Shown here piece after piece: positions 9,824 through 17,815 of a DNA stretch of 64,000 nucleotides. The translations under genes were made by a program, and so were the position numbers. The stretch spans positions 1 to 64,000 of the forward strand of contig JAVHQC010000015.1 of the NCBI GenBank assembly GCA_036170915.1. The letters run 5' to 3'. Within the stretch, counting starts at the first letter, position 1, and each line of letters opens with the position of its first letter. The DNA is from Cyanobacteria bacterium auto_48_18 (GTDB lineage: Bacteria; Cyanobacteriota; Vampirovibrionia; Obscuribacterales; Obscuribacteraceae). Under the pieces are notes generated by a model. The model was not told the origin of the DNA. It made no database searches and was given only the letters and a program-made list of their open reading frames with translations.

Positions 9824-9849
9824 GACTGTCGCACCTTAATTTCCCTGTC

Positions 9850-10839
9850 CTAGCCCATACCGCACAGCATTGTTGACCGTCCTCTGCTTTTTTCCCACCA
9901 AACAAGCTGACCGCATCCAACCGATTGGGGATAAAGAATAGCGTCGTCCTCAATACCGACCAGTTCAAATAGAATCTGCTTTTGTTTTTCAGCAGCTTGC
10001 AATTTGCCAAGTTCTGCGTACCAGAGTGCTAAATCACGGTGAACTTTTCTTCTCACATGATCGGTTGCAGGCAGGCGGTCAGCGTAGGCGACCGCTTTTA
10101 GTTTGAGTTGTTCGCATGCTTTGAAATCGTCTTGTGTAAAGGGTTTCACATGTGATTTATGCGATATGAATTGGTCATCTATTCGCAGAGGAATTAGGCC
10201 GTAAGCCATCGAATTTAAGATTGAAGTGGCTGCTCTAATCTTTTCGTTGTCTTGGGGTGAATTCTCGTCAAATGCATTAGCCAAAACTTTATTACACTTC
10301 CGTAGGCCATCAATATTTCCCAATCTTTGATAAAGGCGCGAGGCTATGAAGTACATACTTAAACTTGTAAACTTATCAGATACCATCTCCACTTGCGTCA
10401 AAGCTTCTTCTAGGGCCCTATTTGCAAGGCCTTCTTCTTCTTCTCGAGGTGTAGCCGTTAGACCCGACTTAATCTCTGCTTTTACTTTGACACCGTGATT
10501 GGCGGAGGGGCCTTCTAATGCCGCCCCGTCAGCCCACGAAACTAGCATGTTCTGCCAGTTCTTGGGTGACATACGCATGTCTAAGTGTCTGACATTGGGC
10601 CCGAATTGTGCTTCCGTTTTAGCTTTGCCATCGGCAATATAGCTTCTTGCAAGGGCAATTAAGTGAAACGCTCGAATCTCCGGCGTTGCAGATGGGTCAT
10701 TTGCAATGGCCTGTATAACTGTACTTTGAGGTTTGGAGTTTTTTTCAGCAAGTGCCGGCACGTGCGAATTGGCCACACTACCTGCAAAAAATATGGCTAG
10801 AAGTGCTTCTTTTCGTTTTGGTTCTTTTGACGGTGTCAA
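9850..10839 (-). CDS. Exported helical protein with C-terminal CGMG, paralogue 2 (putative MNIO substrate)
   Basis: TTG start; signal peptide ending ALA-E; same shared motifs; ends CGQLVWWEKSRGRSTMLCGMG. Confidence 0.85.
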   Translation of the reverse strand: MTPSKEPKRKEALLAIFFAGSVANSHVPALAEKNSKPQSTVIQAIANDPSATPEIRAFHLIALARSYIADGKAKTEAQFGPNVRHLDMRMSPKNWQNMLVSWADGAALEGPSANHGVKVKAEIKSGLTATPREEEEGLANRALEEALTQVEMVSDKFTSLSMYFIASRLYQRLGNIDGLRKCNKVLANAFDENSPQDNEKIRAATSILNSMAYGLIPLRIDDQFISHKSHVKPFTQDDFKACEQLKLKAVAYADRLPATDHVRRKVHRDLALWYAELGKLQAAEKQKQILFELVGIEDDAILYPQSVGCGQLVWWEKSRGRSTMLCGMG

Positions 10840-10866
10840 GATCGTCTCACTTCAATCTCACTTTGC

Positions 10867-11865
10867 TTAGCCCATGCCGCATGAGAATTCACGACCTAGC
10901 CCTGGCTGAGCCTTTTCCCACCAGACCAATTGACCGCATCCTCTGATTTGCGGAATGAGTAAGCTATCATCCTTGGCGCCAACCAATTCGAACAAAACCT
11001 GTTTTTCTCTTTCGGCGCTCTCCGATTTTCCAAGCTCCAAATACCAAAGCGCCAGATCTCGGTGCGCTTTCCTTCTCACGTGATCTGTATGGGCTAGGCG
11101 GTCTGCGAAGGCCGCTGCTCTGAGTTTTAGTTCTTCGCTTGCTTTGAAATCGGCTTCAGTAAAGGGCTTCAATGGTTTCTTTGGCTCCTGTTGATAGTCA
11201 GCTATACGAAGCGGAATAAAACCGTAAGCCATCGAGTTTAAAATTGACGCAGTTGCTTTTATTTGTTCGGAGTCTACAGATGAATTCTTCTCAGATGCCT
11301 GGAAAGCTTCTTCCAAAATTTTGCGGCATTGAAGCATTCCATCAGTGTTACCTAGCTTTTGATACAGACGTGAAGCCATAAAAGTAAAATGCAATTTTGT
11401 AAATATGTCAGGTGAACTGTCAATTAGCGCAAGTGCCTCTTTAATTGCTGAATTAGTGAGACTTGACTCTTCCGCAGCCATTGGCTGCGTAGCCGGCTTC
11501 GTTTGTGCCTTTGTTTTGCCGTAATCTGCATCGCGAGCATCTAAAGAAATTTGTTCAGCCCACGAGACCACGAGCTGATTAAAGTTTTTGGGATACCAAC
11601 TTCTGCTATTTACCACTGGTCCGAATTGCGCTTCCATTTGAGCCTTGCTGCTACCGTTTAGCAAATGATTTGCCACGATGAATAAATAAAGCGCCCTCAT
11701 TTCCGGTTTCGCCTGTGAGTGATTTGTAAGCTGTTGCACAATGGACTCAGTCGACTCAACATTTCGTTCGGATGCCGTCGCCTGATCTGAGCCAATCACA
11801 CTCGCGGCAAAAATTACAGCCAGTAAAGCTTTTCTTCGCAAGAGATTGGAAAATTGGGGTGTCAA
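10867..11865 (-). CDS. Exported helical protein with C-terminal CGMG, paralogue 1 (putative MNIO substrate)
   Basis: TTG start with AAGGGAG SD; signal peptide LRRKALLAVIFAAS...ATA; ends CGQLVWWEKAQPGLGREFSCGMG. Confidence 0.85.
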   Translation of the reverse strand: MTPQFSNLLRRKALLAVIFAASVIGSDQATASERNVESTESIVQQLTNHSQAKPEMRALYLFIVANHLLNGSSKAQMEAQFGPVVNSRSWYPKNFNQLVVSWAEQISLDARDADYGKTKAQTKPATQPMAAEESSLTNSAIKEALALIDSSPDIFTKLHFTFMASRLYQKLGNTDGMLQCRKILEEAFQASEKNSSVDSEQIKATASILNSMAYGFIPLRIADYQQEPKKPLKPFTEADFKASEELKLRAAAFADRLAHTDHVRRKAHRDLALWYLELGKSESAEREKQVLFELVGAKDDSLLIPQIRGCGQLVWWEKAQPGLGREFSCGMG

Positions 11866-11927
11866 CTATTCGGCTCCCTTTCATGCTTTTAGATTCGGCA
11901 GCCAATTAGTGCCACCTTTACCCTGGT

Positions 11928-12020
11928 ACTGCTGTTCACAACCTACCCTAGTTAGACTAAACTAGCAATACCGCTAACCGCTGTTTTGAAAGACGCCTCT
12001 AGCAGCGCTTGTCTCCTTCC
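11928..12020. repeat. Repeat B, copy 2 (~93 bp non-coding)
   Basis: About 90% identical to 7363..7454. Confidence 0.93.
11940..11968 (-). promoter_or_regulatory. Putative sigma70-type promoter of the CGMG/MNIO operon with overlapping palindrome
   Basis: Minus strand TTGCTA-N17-TAGGTT about 75 bp upstream of the TTG start; CTAGTT-N6-AACTAG palindrome spans the -35 and spacer. Confidence 0.5.
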
Positions 12021-12070
12021 AGGCAACGAATTAAACTTGAGATATTGGCCCTTCTAATACACGGCAGTGC

Positions 12071-12787
12071 GTGGATCGAAAGTTCACAGAAAATATGATG
12101 AAGCATATAGCCGACTTCGAGCGGCGACATGGTCGTGTGCCGACTATCCGAGAGTTGGCCCAAGAGTTGAGGGTAAGTACGTCTGGATTGAGAGTCGCAA
12201 TAGGAAAGAACTTGGGACAAGATAAAGTGGATGGTACTTCGGCTTTCCACACTAGCCTTCAGGAAATGTTGTTAGGTAACCGAAATTACAAAAGCCCTCT
12301 GGATATGGACTGGGGGTTGGCTAAGTATCGCGAGATTTTGGTCAGGAACCTCGACGGAACTGAACTTGGTCTGATGCAGACGAAGTTTGCTTTACAGATG
12401 GCAAAAGAACGAGGCCTGGTCCTCTATCCCTTGGACCCGTGCGCCGATCCGCCGGTGGCGATGTTTGTTGACTGTAACAGCCAACAGCAAGATATGTTCC
12501 AAAAACTTGTCCAGAGGCGTGAGGCAAGTAAAAAAGTTAAAGAACTTAAATTACAAATTAGCGCTAACGATTTTCAGACCAAACTTATCACCGCGAAGAA
12601 AGTTCTTGAGAAAGGCGATGAGTTGAGACTCGCTATAAGTCTCAAAAAGAACGAGCTCGATAAAGCAGACATTGCAGTGGCGCTACTGAATCAATTTGCC
12701 ACAGATTTAGGGGAAATAGCAGTGTGGACTGAAGAGCCAAAACTGGAAGGCAAAATTGTTGCAATGAATTTATTTTCCGCCCTTTGA
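12071..12787 (+). CDS. Divergent translation initiation factor IF-3-like protein with an extra N-terminal HTH domain
   Basis: C-terminal ~155 aa follow IF3 (REILVRNLDGTELGLM, ADPPVA, VKELKL, NDFQTKL, LEKGD, EEPKLEGK); N-terminus HGRVPTIRELAQELRVS is HTH-like. Confidence 0.75.
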   Translation: MDRKFTENMMKHIADFERRHGRVPTIRELAQELRVSTSGLRVAIGKNLGQDKVDGTSAFHTSLQEMLLGNRNYKSPLDMDWGLAKYREILVRNLDGTELGLMQTKFALQMAKERGLVLYPLDPCADPPVAMFVDCNSQQQDMFQKLVQRREASKKVKELKLQISANDFQTKLITAKKVLEKGDELRLAISLKKNELDKADIAVALLNQFATDLGEIAVWTEEPKLEGKIVAMNLFSAL

Positions 12788-12889
12788 TTCAGCTTGCACA
12801 AAGTCATCCATAATCGAAAAACCACTCACCAAGGTCTCCGTGATTTTCGAGGGCGATGGTCAACAGCTCTAAATCCAGTATCAGTTTGC

Positions 12890-13318
12890 TCATAACCGAT
12901 CCTTAGGCAAAAACAATGCTGGAGACACTTTAAAATATTCTGCCAGGCGAACTGCCGCTCGCGCGCTCAGTCCTCTCTGTCCGCTTAAGAATGCCGAGAG
13001 GTTTGATTTGTAACCCACACATTCAACAAGGTCAACTTGGCTTAAACCATTTGTTTCCATCAAATGTGCGAGTGCTTCTTGAGGAGTCATTTGATCGGCC
13101 AGTCTCGGAAGACGCTGTTCGTATTGCGCAATCAGATCGCCCAGCACAGCAAGGTAGTCAGATTCGCCGATACTCAAGCTATCGCCACGTGATACAAGCT
13201 TTTTCATTACTTTGACCGCGCTTTCCAAATCAGATTTCTTCCGCAGTGGCACTAGCGGAAAGTCTTCTATCAGTTCCATGTATGCTTGACGGGGTACCGC
13301 TTTGCTCATATCGTGCAC
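12890..13318 (-). CDS. HigA-like antitoxin / XRE-family HTH regulator
   Basis: DYLAVLGDLIAQYE motif, then LAHLMETNGLSQVDL...SNLSAFLSGQRGLS HTH. Confidence 0.8.
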   Translation of the reverse strand: MHDMSKAVPRQAYMELIEDFPLVPLRKKSDLESAVKVMKKLVSRGDSLSIGESDYLAVLGDLIAQYEQRLPRLADQMTPQEALAHLMETNGLSQVDLVECVGYKSNLSAFLSGQRGLSARAAVRLAEYFKVSPALFLPKDRL

Positions 13319-13382
13319 CTGATAGTTTTATTGAGTTCTAACATCAATTCTAAAGCAGAATTGTGCTAACTTACAAATTTTG

Positions 13383-14027
13383 CTAAGATTCTTCTATTGC
13401 TTTCGCCGGTTTGGTGGCATCGATAACTGTTCCGCCAAAGCACCAATCGAGCGTCGATTCGTATCCGCTTTTTGCGTGTGGATAATATGCCGCTACTAGC
13501 GTGACGAAAAAAACAAGTGGTGCATAGATCAGGCAGAGCAGTCCACCCGTTGTATCTAGTGATTTGAGCCCCGGAGAAATATTCATTGTTATAGACGCTA
13601 ACAGCACCGTCATCAACACACTGAAGAGAGCAGCGAAGAAAACCAATACATACTGCCAGAGGCCGCATGATTGCTCGCGGCTCCACATACTTTGACCGGA
13701 GCCGTTGTTGATAATTCCAGTTATCCGTTCACCCGGAGTGTTTGAGTGCAGCCACATTTTAAAAACGAATCGAAGATATAGCAGCGGAAGTGGTGTAAGC
13801 ATCAGCGCAAACAAGATCGACGCGGCGGCGTTTTTCTGCGCCAATGATAGAAAATCTCCGTTGAGAATAAGTATTCCGCCACTGAAAATCTGGCAAATTG
13901 TCGGCGTTAAACAAAATAGACTGGCTATAGTCAAATCGACTAACAGGGCCAATGACCTGCGAATTGACATTGATAATCGATTGCTGATTACAACTGGTTT
14001 AGAGCTTGAGTGCACTTTATTCTTCAA
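13383..14027 (-). CDS. RDD-family-like membrane protein
   Basis: RRSLALLVD and TPGERITGI motifs, several TM segments, C-terminal D...GTV. Confidence 0.6.
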   Translation of the reverse strand: MKNKVHSSSKPVVISNRLSMSIRRSLALLVDLTIASLFCLTPTICQIFSGGILILNGDFLSLAQKNAAASILFALMLTPLPLLYLRFVFKMWLHSNTPGERITGIINNGSGQSMWSREQSCGLWQYVLVFFAALFSVLMTVLLASITMNISPGLKSLDTTGGLLCLIYAPLVFFVTLVAAYYPHAKSGYESTLDWCFGGTVIDATKPAKAIEES

Positions 14028-14048
14028 TTCGAAAAGTCCCGACTGATA

Positions 14049-14924
14049 TTATTGTACGCCTTTCAATATCATCCTCTTTAATTCGGCTTGCGCTCCCCGG
14101 TCGCAGGCACCAGCAAGATTGAAAAGGTGATAGTGCACACTAGGAAGTCCAATTAGCGGCCGTGCGACTAAACCACGTGGAATGGTGCACATAGAATTGA
14201 CAATTGCCAGCCCTAGCCCCAGTTTTGCAAAATGTAGCATAAGTTCCCAGCCGTTGACTTCTACTGCTATTTCCCAGGTCACTCCGGCTGATTGAAGCGC
14301 TGCTGATAGCATCTGGCGATGAGGCCGGTCGGCTGGCGGTACGATCAACTTGCAGTTATCTAAGTCTTTGAGTTGAAGTTTCTTTTTCGTTGCAAGTGGA
14401 TGCGAAGACGGCAATATCAGAACTTGATCAACTCTAAGCAATGGAGTCGACTCTACCCCAGGCGGAGAAATTGACTCTAATGGCGCGACGCCAATATGTG
14501 CTTTTCCCGATTGAATTGCATCGAGAATACCTTCTCGGTTGAGAGTCAAAAGGCTTAGTGGATGTTTTTTTCGTTTTAAAAACTCTTTGATAGATTCGCC
14601 AAGAATATAAAGGTAGGCTCCCTCTCCAGCTGCCAATATTACAGGTTCGTTGTCTGAACCTGTTATTAGTTCATTGAGAAAGACCGTCTTGCGATGTGAA
14701 ATATCTCTACTAAATCTGGCAAGCCGTTTGCCATGTTCTGTCAGTTCAAGACGCCGCCCGATTTTCCTATAGAGCGTCACCCCCATTGCATCACTTAGCT
14801 CCTGAATCTTCATATGCAGCGCTGGCTGTGAGATGTGAAGTTCTTCTGCCGCATGCGTGAAATTGAGCTTGTCTGCGAAGACCAAGAATGATTGGAGAAC
14901 ATCTAAATTGAGCGACGGTACCAT
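14049..14924 (-). CDS. LysR family transcriptional regulator
   Basis: NFTHAAEELHISQPALHMKIQEL HTH plus substrate-binding domain. Confidence 0.93.
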   Translation of the reverse strand: MVPSLNLDVLQSFLVFADKLNFTHAAEELHISQPALHMKIQELSDAMGVTLYRKIGRRLELTEHGKRLARFSRDISHRKTVFLNELITGSDNEPVILAAGEGAYLYILGESIKEFLKRKKHPLSLLTLNREGILDAIQSGKAHIGVAPLESISPPGVESTPLLRVDQVLILPSSHPLATKKKLQLKDLDNCKLIVPPADRPHRQMLSAALQSAGVTWEIAVEVNGWELMLHFAKLGLGLAIVNSMCTIPRGLVARPLIGLPSVHYHLFNLAGACDRGAQAELKRMILKGVQ

Positions 14925-14968
14925 AAGCAGTCCTTATAGCTAATAGGCATATTATAGTTCTTCCTTAT
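14923..14968. promoter_or_regulatory. Two LysR-type T-N11-A boxes in the divergent promoter
   Basis: ATAAG-CAGTC-CTTAT (14923-14937) overlapping the LysR start and ATAGTTCTTCCTTAT (14954-14968). Confidence 0.55.
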
Positions 14969-15012
14969 AGTGTATCAGTGTAAGGTGGATTCATAGACCT
15001 ACTTGGAGATTT

Positions 15013-15564
15013 ATGATGAAAACCGATAGAAAACGCGTGCTGGGTGTGGATATTGGAGGCGTATTAATTGATCGGGTAAACGATAATACTGATACGTCAT
15101 TCTTTGGCCCTAACTTTTTGGACTCGACAGCGGTGGAAGAAGCCTTTGCGTCGCTGAAGCTATTAGTGCAAGCTGGTTTCGAAATACATCTTGTTTCAAA
15201 ATGCGGCGAGAACATCGAACGAAAAACTAGATTATGGCTGGCGCATCACTCGTTTTTTGCAATTACCGGTGTTCCTGAAAGCAATATCTATTTCTGTCGA
15301 AAGCGCTCAGACAAAGCGGCTATTTGCTACGACATTGATGCCAAATATTTCGTGGATGACCGCTTAGAGGTACTCTCTTATTTGGAAAGCGTGCCAAATT
15401 TGTATCTGTTAAATGCAGACCGGCGTGAAGTGGAGAAATTCTCGCAGTTCCTACCAAGTGTTCACCAAATTTCGAGTTGGAAAGAGCTTGTTGCAAGGTT
15501 GTGTGTGGACTTGGAGAAAACTATGCCACTATCGAAATGTACTGCGGTGGAACCGCGTCAGTGA
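15013..15564 (+). CDS. HAD-superfamily (5'-nucleotidase-like) protein
   Basis: Motif I-like VDIGGVL, motif II VS, motif III/IV K...FVDDR. Confidence 0.7.
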   Translation: MMKTDRKRVLGVDIGGVLIDRVNDNTDTSFFGPNFLDSTAVEEAFASLKLLVQAGFEIHLVSKCGENIERKTRLWLAHHSFFAITGVPESNIYFCRKRSDKAAICYDIDAKYFVDDRLEVLSYLESVPNLYLLNADRREVEKFSQFLPSVHQISSWKELVARLCVDLEKTMPLSKCTAVEPRQ

Positions 15565-16066
15565 GCCACACACCGTTCGTGCTGAGAAAAAAGACGTGAC
15601 CATCGTTATGCATTCGTTCTGCATCAACCTTTAGGAGTATTGGAAGACCATAGCGTTCACCCGCAGACAAAGCCGTTTCTTTCGAAACAGAGAGGTGAAC
15701 GTGGTGGCGCTTGCGTTTTTCAAGCCCGTCTTTTTGAATGGAGGCGAGGAATCGATCAGCAGTCCCGTGATAAAGGAAGGCCGGCGGTGCCTTGCGTTCG
15801 TAGCCTAATTCAACGCGCACGGAGTGTCCCTGGCTCGCTCGAATCATCTTGCTGTCTGAGCTCAATGCAAATCGATCCTTTTTATCTTCTCTAACAATTT
15901 CGAGTAATTGATCCATTTCTAACGGCTTACTGTGTTTGCAGCAAGCAGTCAAAAGGATTTCGATCGATACCCAGCCAGCCTCGTCGAGTTGAATGCCAAT
16001 AAGCTCTGGCTTGTGTCTAAGAATCAATGTTAGAAACTTGCTCAAACTCTCATTGTTGTATTTCAT
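15521..16066 (-). CDS. kptA: RNA 2'-phosphotransferase (Tpt1/KptA)
   Basis: SKFLTLILRH, KDRF, IRASQGHS, LYHGT, RHHVHLS, NGVWLT motifs. Confidence 0.93.
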   Translation of the reverse strand: MKYNNESLSKFLTLILRHKPELIGIQLDEAGWVSIEILLTACCKHSKPLEMDQLLEIVREDKKDRFALSSDSKMIRASQGHSVRVELGYERKAPPAFLYHGTADRFLASIQKDGLEKRKRHHVHLSVSKETALSAGERYGLPILLKVDAERMHNDGHVFFLSTNGVWLTDAVPPQYISIVA

Positions 16067-16090
16067 GAACTGGTTTTCTTTGGCGACACT

Positions 16091-17155
16091 TCACACATAC
16101 GGAATAAACCGTTCTTCCTTCAGTTTATCAAACACATCAATGAACGATTCGCTCGATTTCTGATAATCAAGAAAGCCTAGCTTTCTGCTTTTAGACATGT
16201 CGGCAAATGTCTCGAAGGGTCGGCTAAGATCCGAGTCGGTATGCCACCATGACGCGATTTGATCAAGACTTGTAGGAACAAGTTTGTACTTCTCTACAAT
16301 CTTTTCCCAGGTTGGTCCTATATCACGCATCTGATTTTCCAGCGAGTTCACATGGCCAGAATAGCTTCCGACCTTGAGTTCGAAGTATTCGGCCAGTTGC
16401 TGCCACATCCAGTTCCAGCGAAAGGTATCACCGTTGACGGTGTTGAAGGCTTGGTTCTGTGCTGCTTCAGTCGTTGACGATCACACCAGATGACGCGCGA
16501 GCAAGCGTGCATCAGTGACGTCGCAGACGCCGTTGTAAATTGTTGAAGAGCCGGGAAAGGTAAAATCCAATCCTGTTTCTTTGCAAATGGTGGCGTAGGC
16601 GGCTAAGGTCGAGCCCATGTTCATCAGGTTGCCGACCGTGTGCCCGATGATGGTATTGGGCCGATGCACACTCCATGTAAAGCCTTGCTTCTCTGCCTGG
16701 TCGAACAAGATATCTTCTTGGGTGTAATAGAAATTCAATCCGGGTTTACGCGCCTGCTCTTCGCGATATGGTGTCACAACCGGATATTTTCCTGAATCAG
16801 AAAATGACCCAAAATAATGTTTACCGCCGGTGACCAGTGCCACATGAGTCAGGGGATGATCATCCAGTGCCGCCAGCAAGTTTTTAAGCATTGCGCCATT
16901 GACTTCGCAATTGCGCTCTTCTGATTCCATTTTTTGCCAGCTCGTGAAAAATACATGGCTAATTTCTTTGTCCTTAAGCGTCTTCTTCAGTGATGTTGAA
17001 TCCATCAGATCGGCGGCCAGCGAATCGACTCCAGCTATTGTGCATGGTTTACGTGATAAACCATAAGTCTTCCAGTCATCTAGAGGGCCCAGGTGGTTGG
17101 CCAGATTCTGTCCGGTGATACCGGTTACTCCGGCTATAAGGGCGATTTTGCTCAT
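16091..17155 (-). pseudogene. SDR oxidoreductase (progesterone 5-beta-reductase/PRISE-like) interrupted by one in-frame TGA
   Basis: GVTGITG, TGGKHY, NFYY, WSVHRP motifs; TGA at 16481-16483, then the same frame continues SSTTEAAQNQAFNTVNGDTFRWNWMW to 16091. Confidence 0.85.
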
Positions 17156-17290
17156 TTTAGTTTCCCGGGTCCATAAATTCTTACAACGCCACTAAATGTG
17201 GTGCATCGAATAATGCGGTGATCAGCGACCGCAGCTGCGCACCAGCCTTTGCCCTTTATCACGAGCACGGCGGGTAAGTTGAGGAACACA

Positions 17291-17722
17291 CTAATTTCTG
17301 TTGAACACGTTGTAGTCGAAGGAGAACTCAATATCGACCGCTTCGGGAGAGCCGTCAGGGAGATTGTTGAAAGGCGCTGCGTTTTCGATTGCCACAAGCA
17401 TTGCTTTGTCGGCTTCTTCATTGTTTGTAGGCACGGCTACACGTAACTTGCTGACTGTTCCATCACGATGCAGGAGGAACAAAACCTTACCGTATCGCGA
17501 TGTTTTAGATTTCGGTGGAAACCAGGCGCGTTTAATGCGTCTCTGTAGCTTGTCCATAAATGGTCCGTAATCAATCTCTGCTGCTGCATCGCGCGAGATT
17601 GTCGGTTCTTCAGGGCCCTTGCGGCAGCAAGTCTGGCTAGTGGCAACAATGCCCGCGCCAAAAAGAACTGCAGCTACCAGAGCCAGCACCTGCTTGCGGT
17701 CACCAATAGGCTTACTGAGCAT
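17291..17722 (-). CDS. TonB C-terminal domain protein
   Basis: N-terminal membrane anchor; LQRRIKRAWFPP...DGTV...ADKAMLVAIENAAPF...IEFSFDY. Confidence 0.8.
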   Translation of the reverse strand: MLSKPIGDRKQVLALVAAVLFGAGIVATSQTCCRKGPEEPTISRDAAAEIDYGPFMDKLQRRIKRAWFPPKSKTSRYGKVLFLLHRDGTVSKLRVAVPTNNEEADKAMLVAIENAAPFNNLPDGSPEAVDIEFSFDYNVFNRN

Positions 17723-17815
17723 TTTGCACCTGTTATCAAAGAGTTTCGTGCGCTTTACCTATTTTGCACACTATTCTCCCTAAAATCACTGTCAAAAACC
17801 CTGAGAGTCCAAATT

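Noticed and set aside
16481..16483. Selenocysteine or an alternative genetic code at the in-frame TGA
   Set aside because: The position corresponds to Trp rather than Cys, other genes here use TGA as a true stop, and Trp is TGG elsewhere.
1..17200. Integron cassette array, prophage or IS-bounded island
   Set aside because: Gene orientations are mixed, and no attC-like periodic sites, integrase, transposase or phage genes were recognised.
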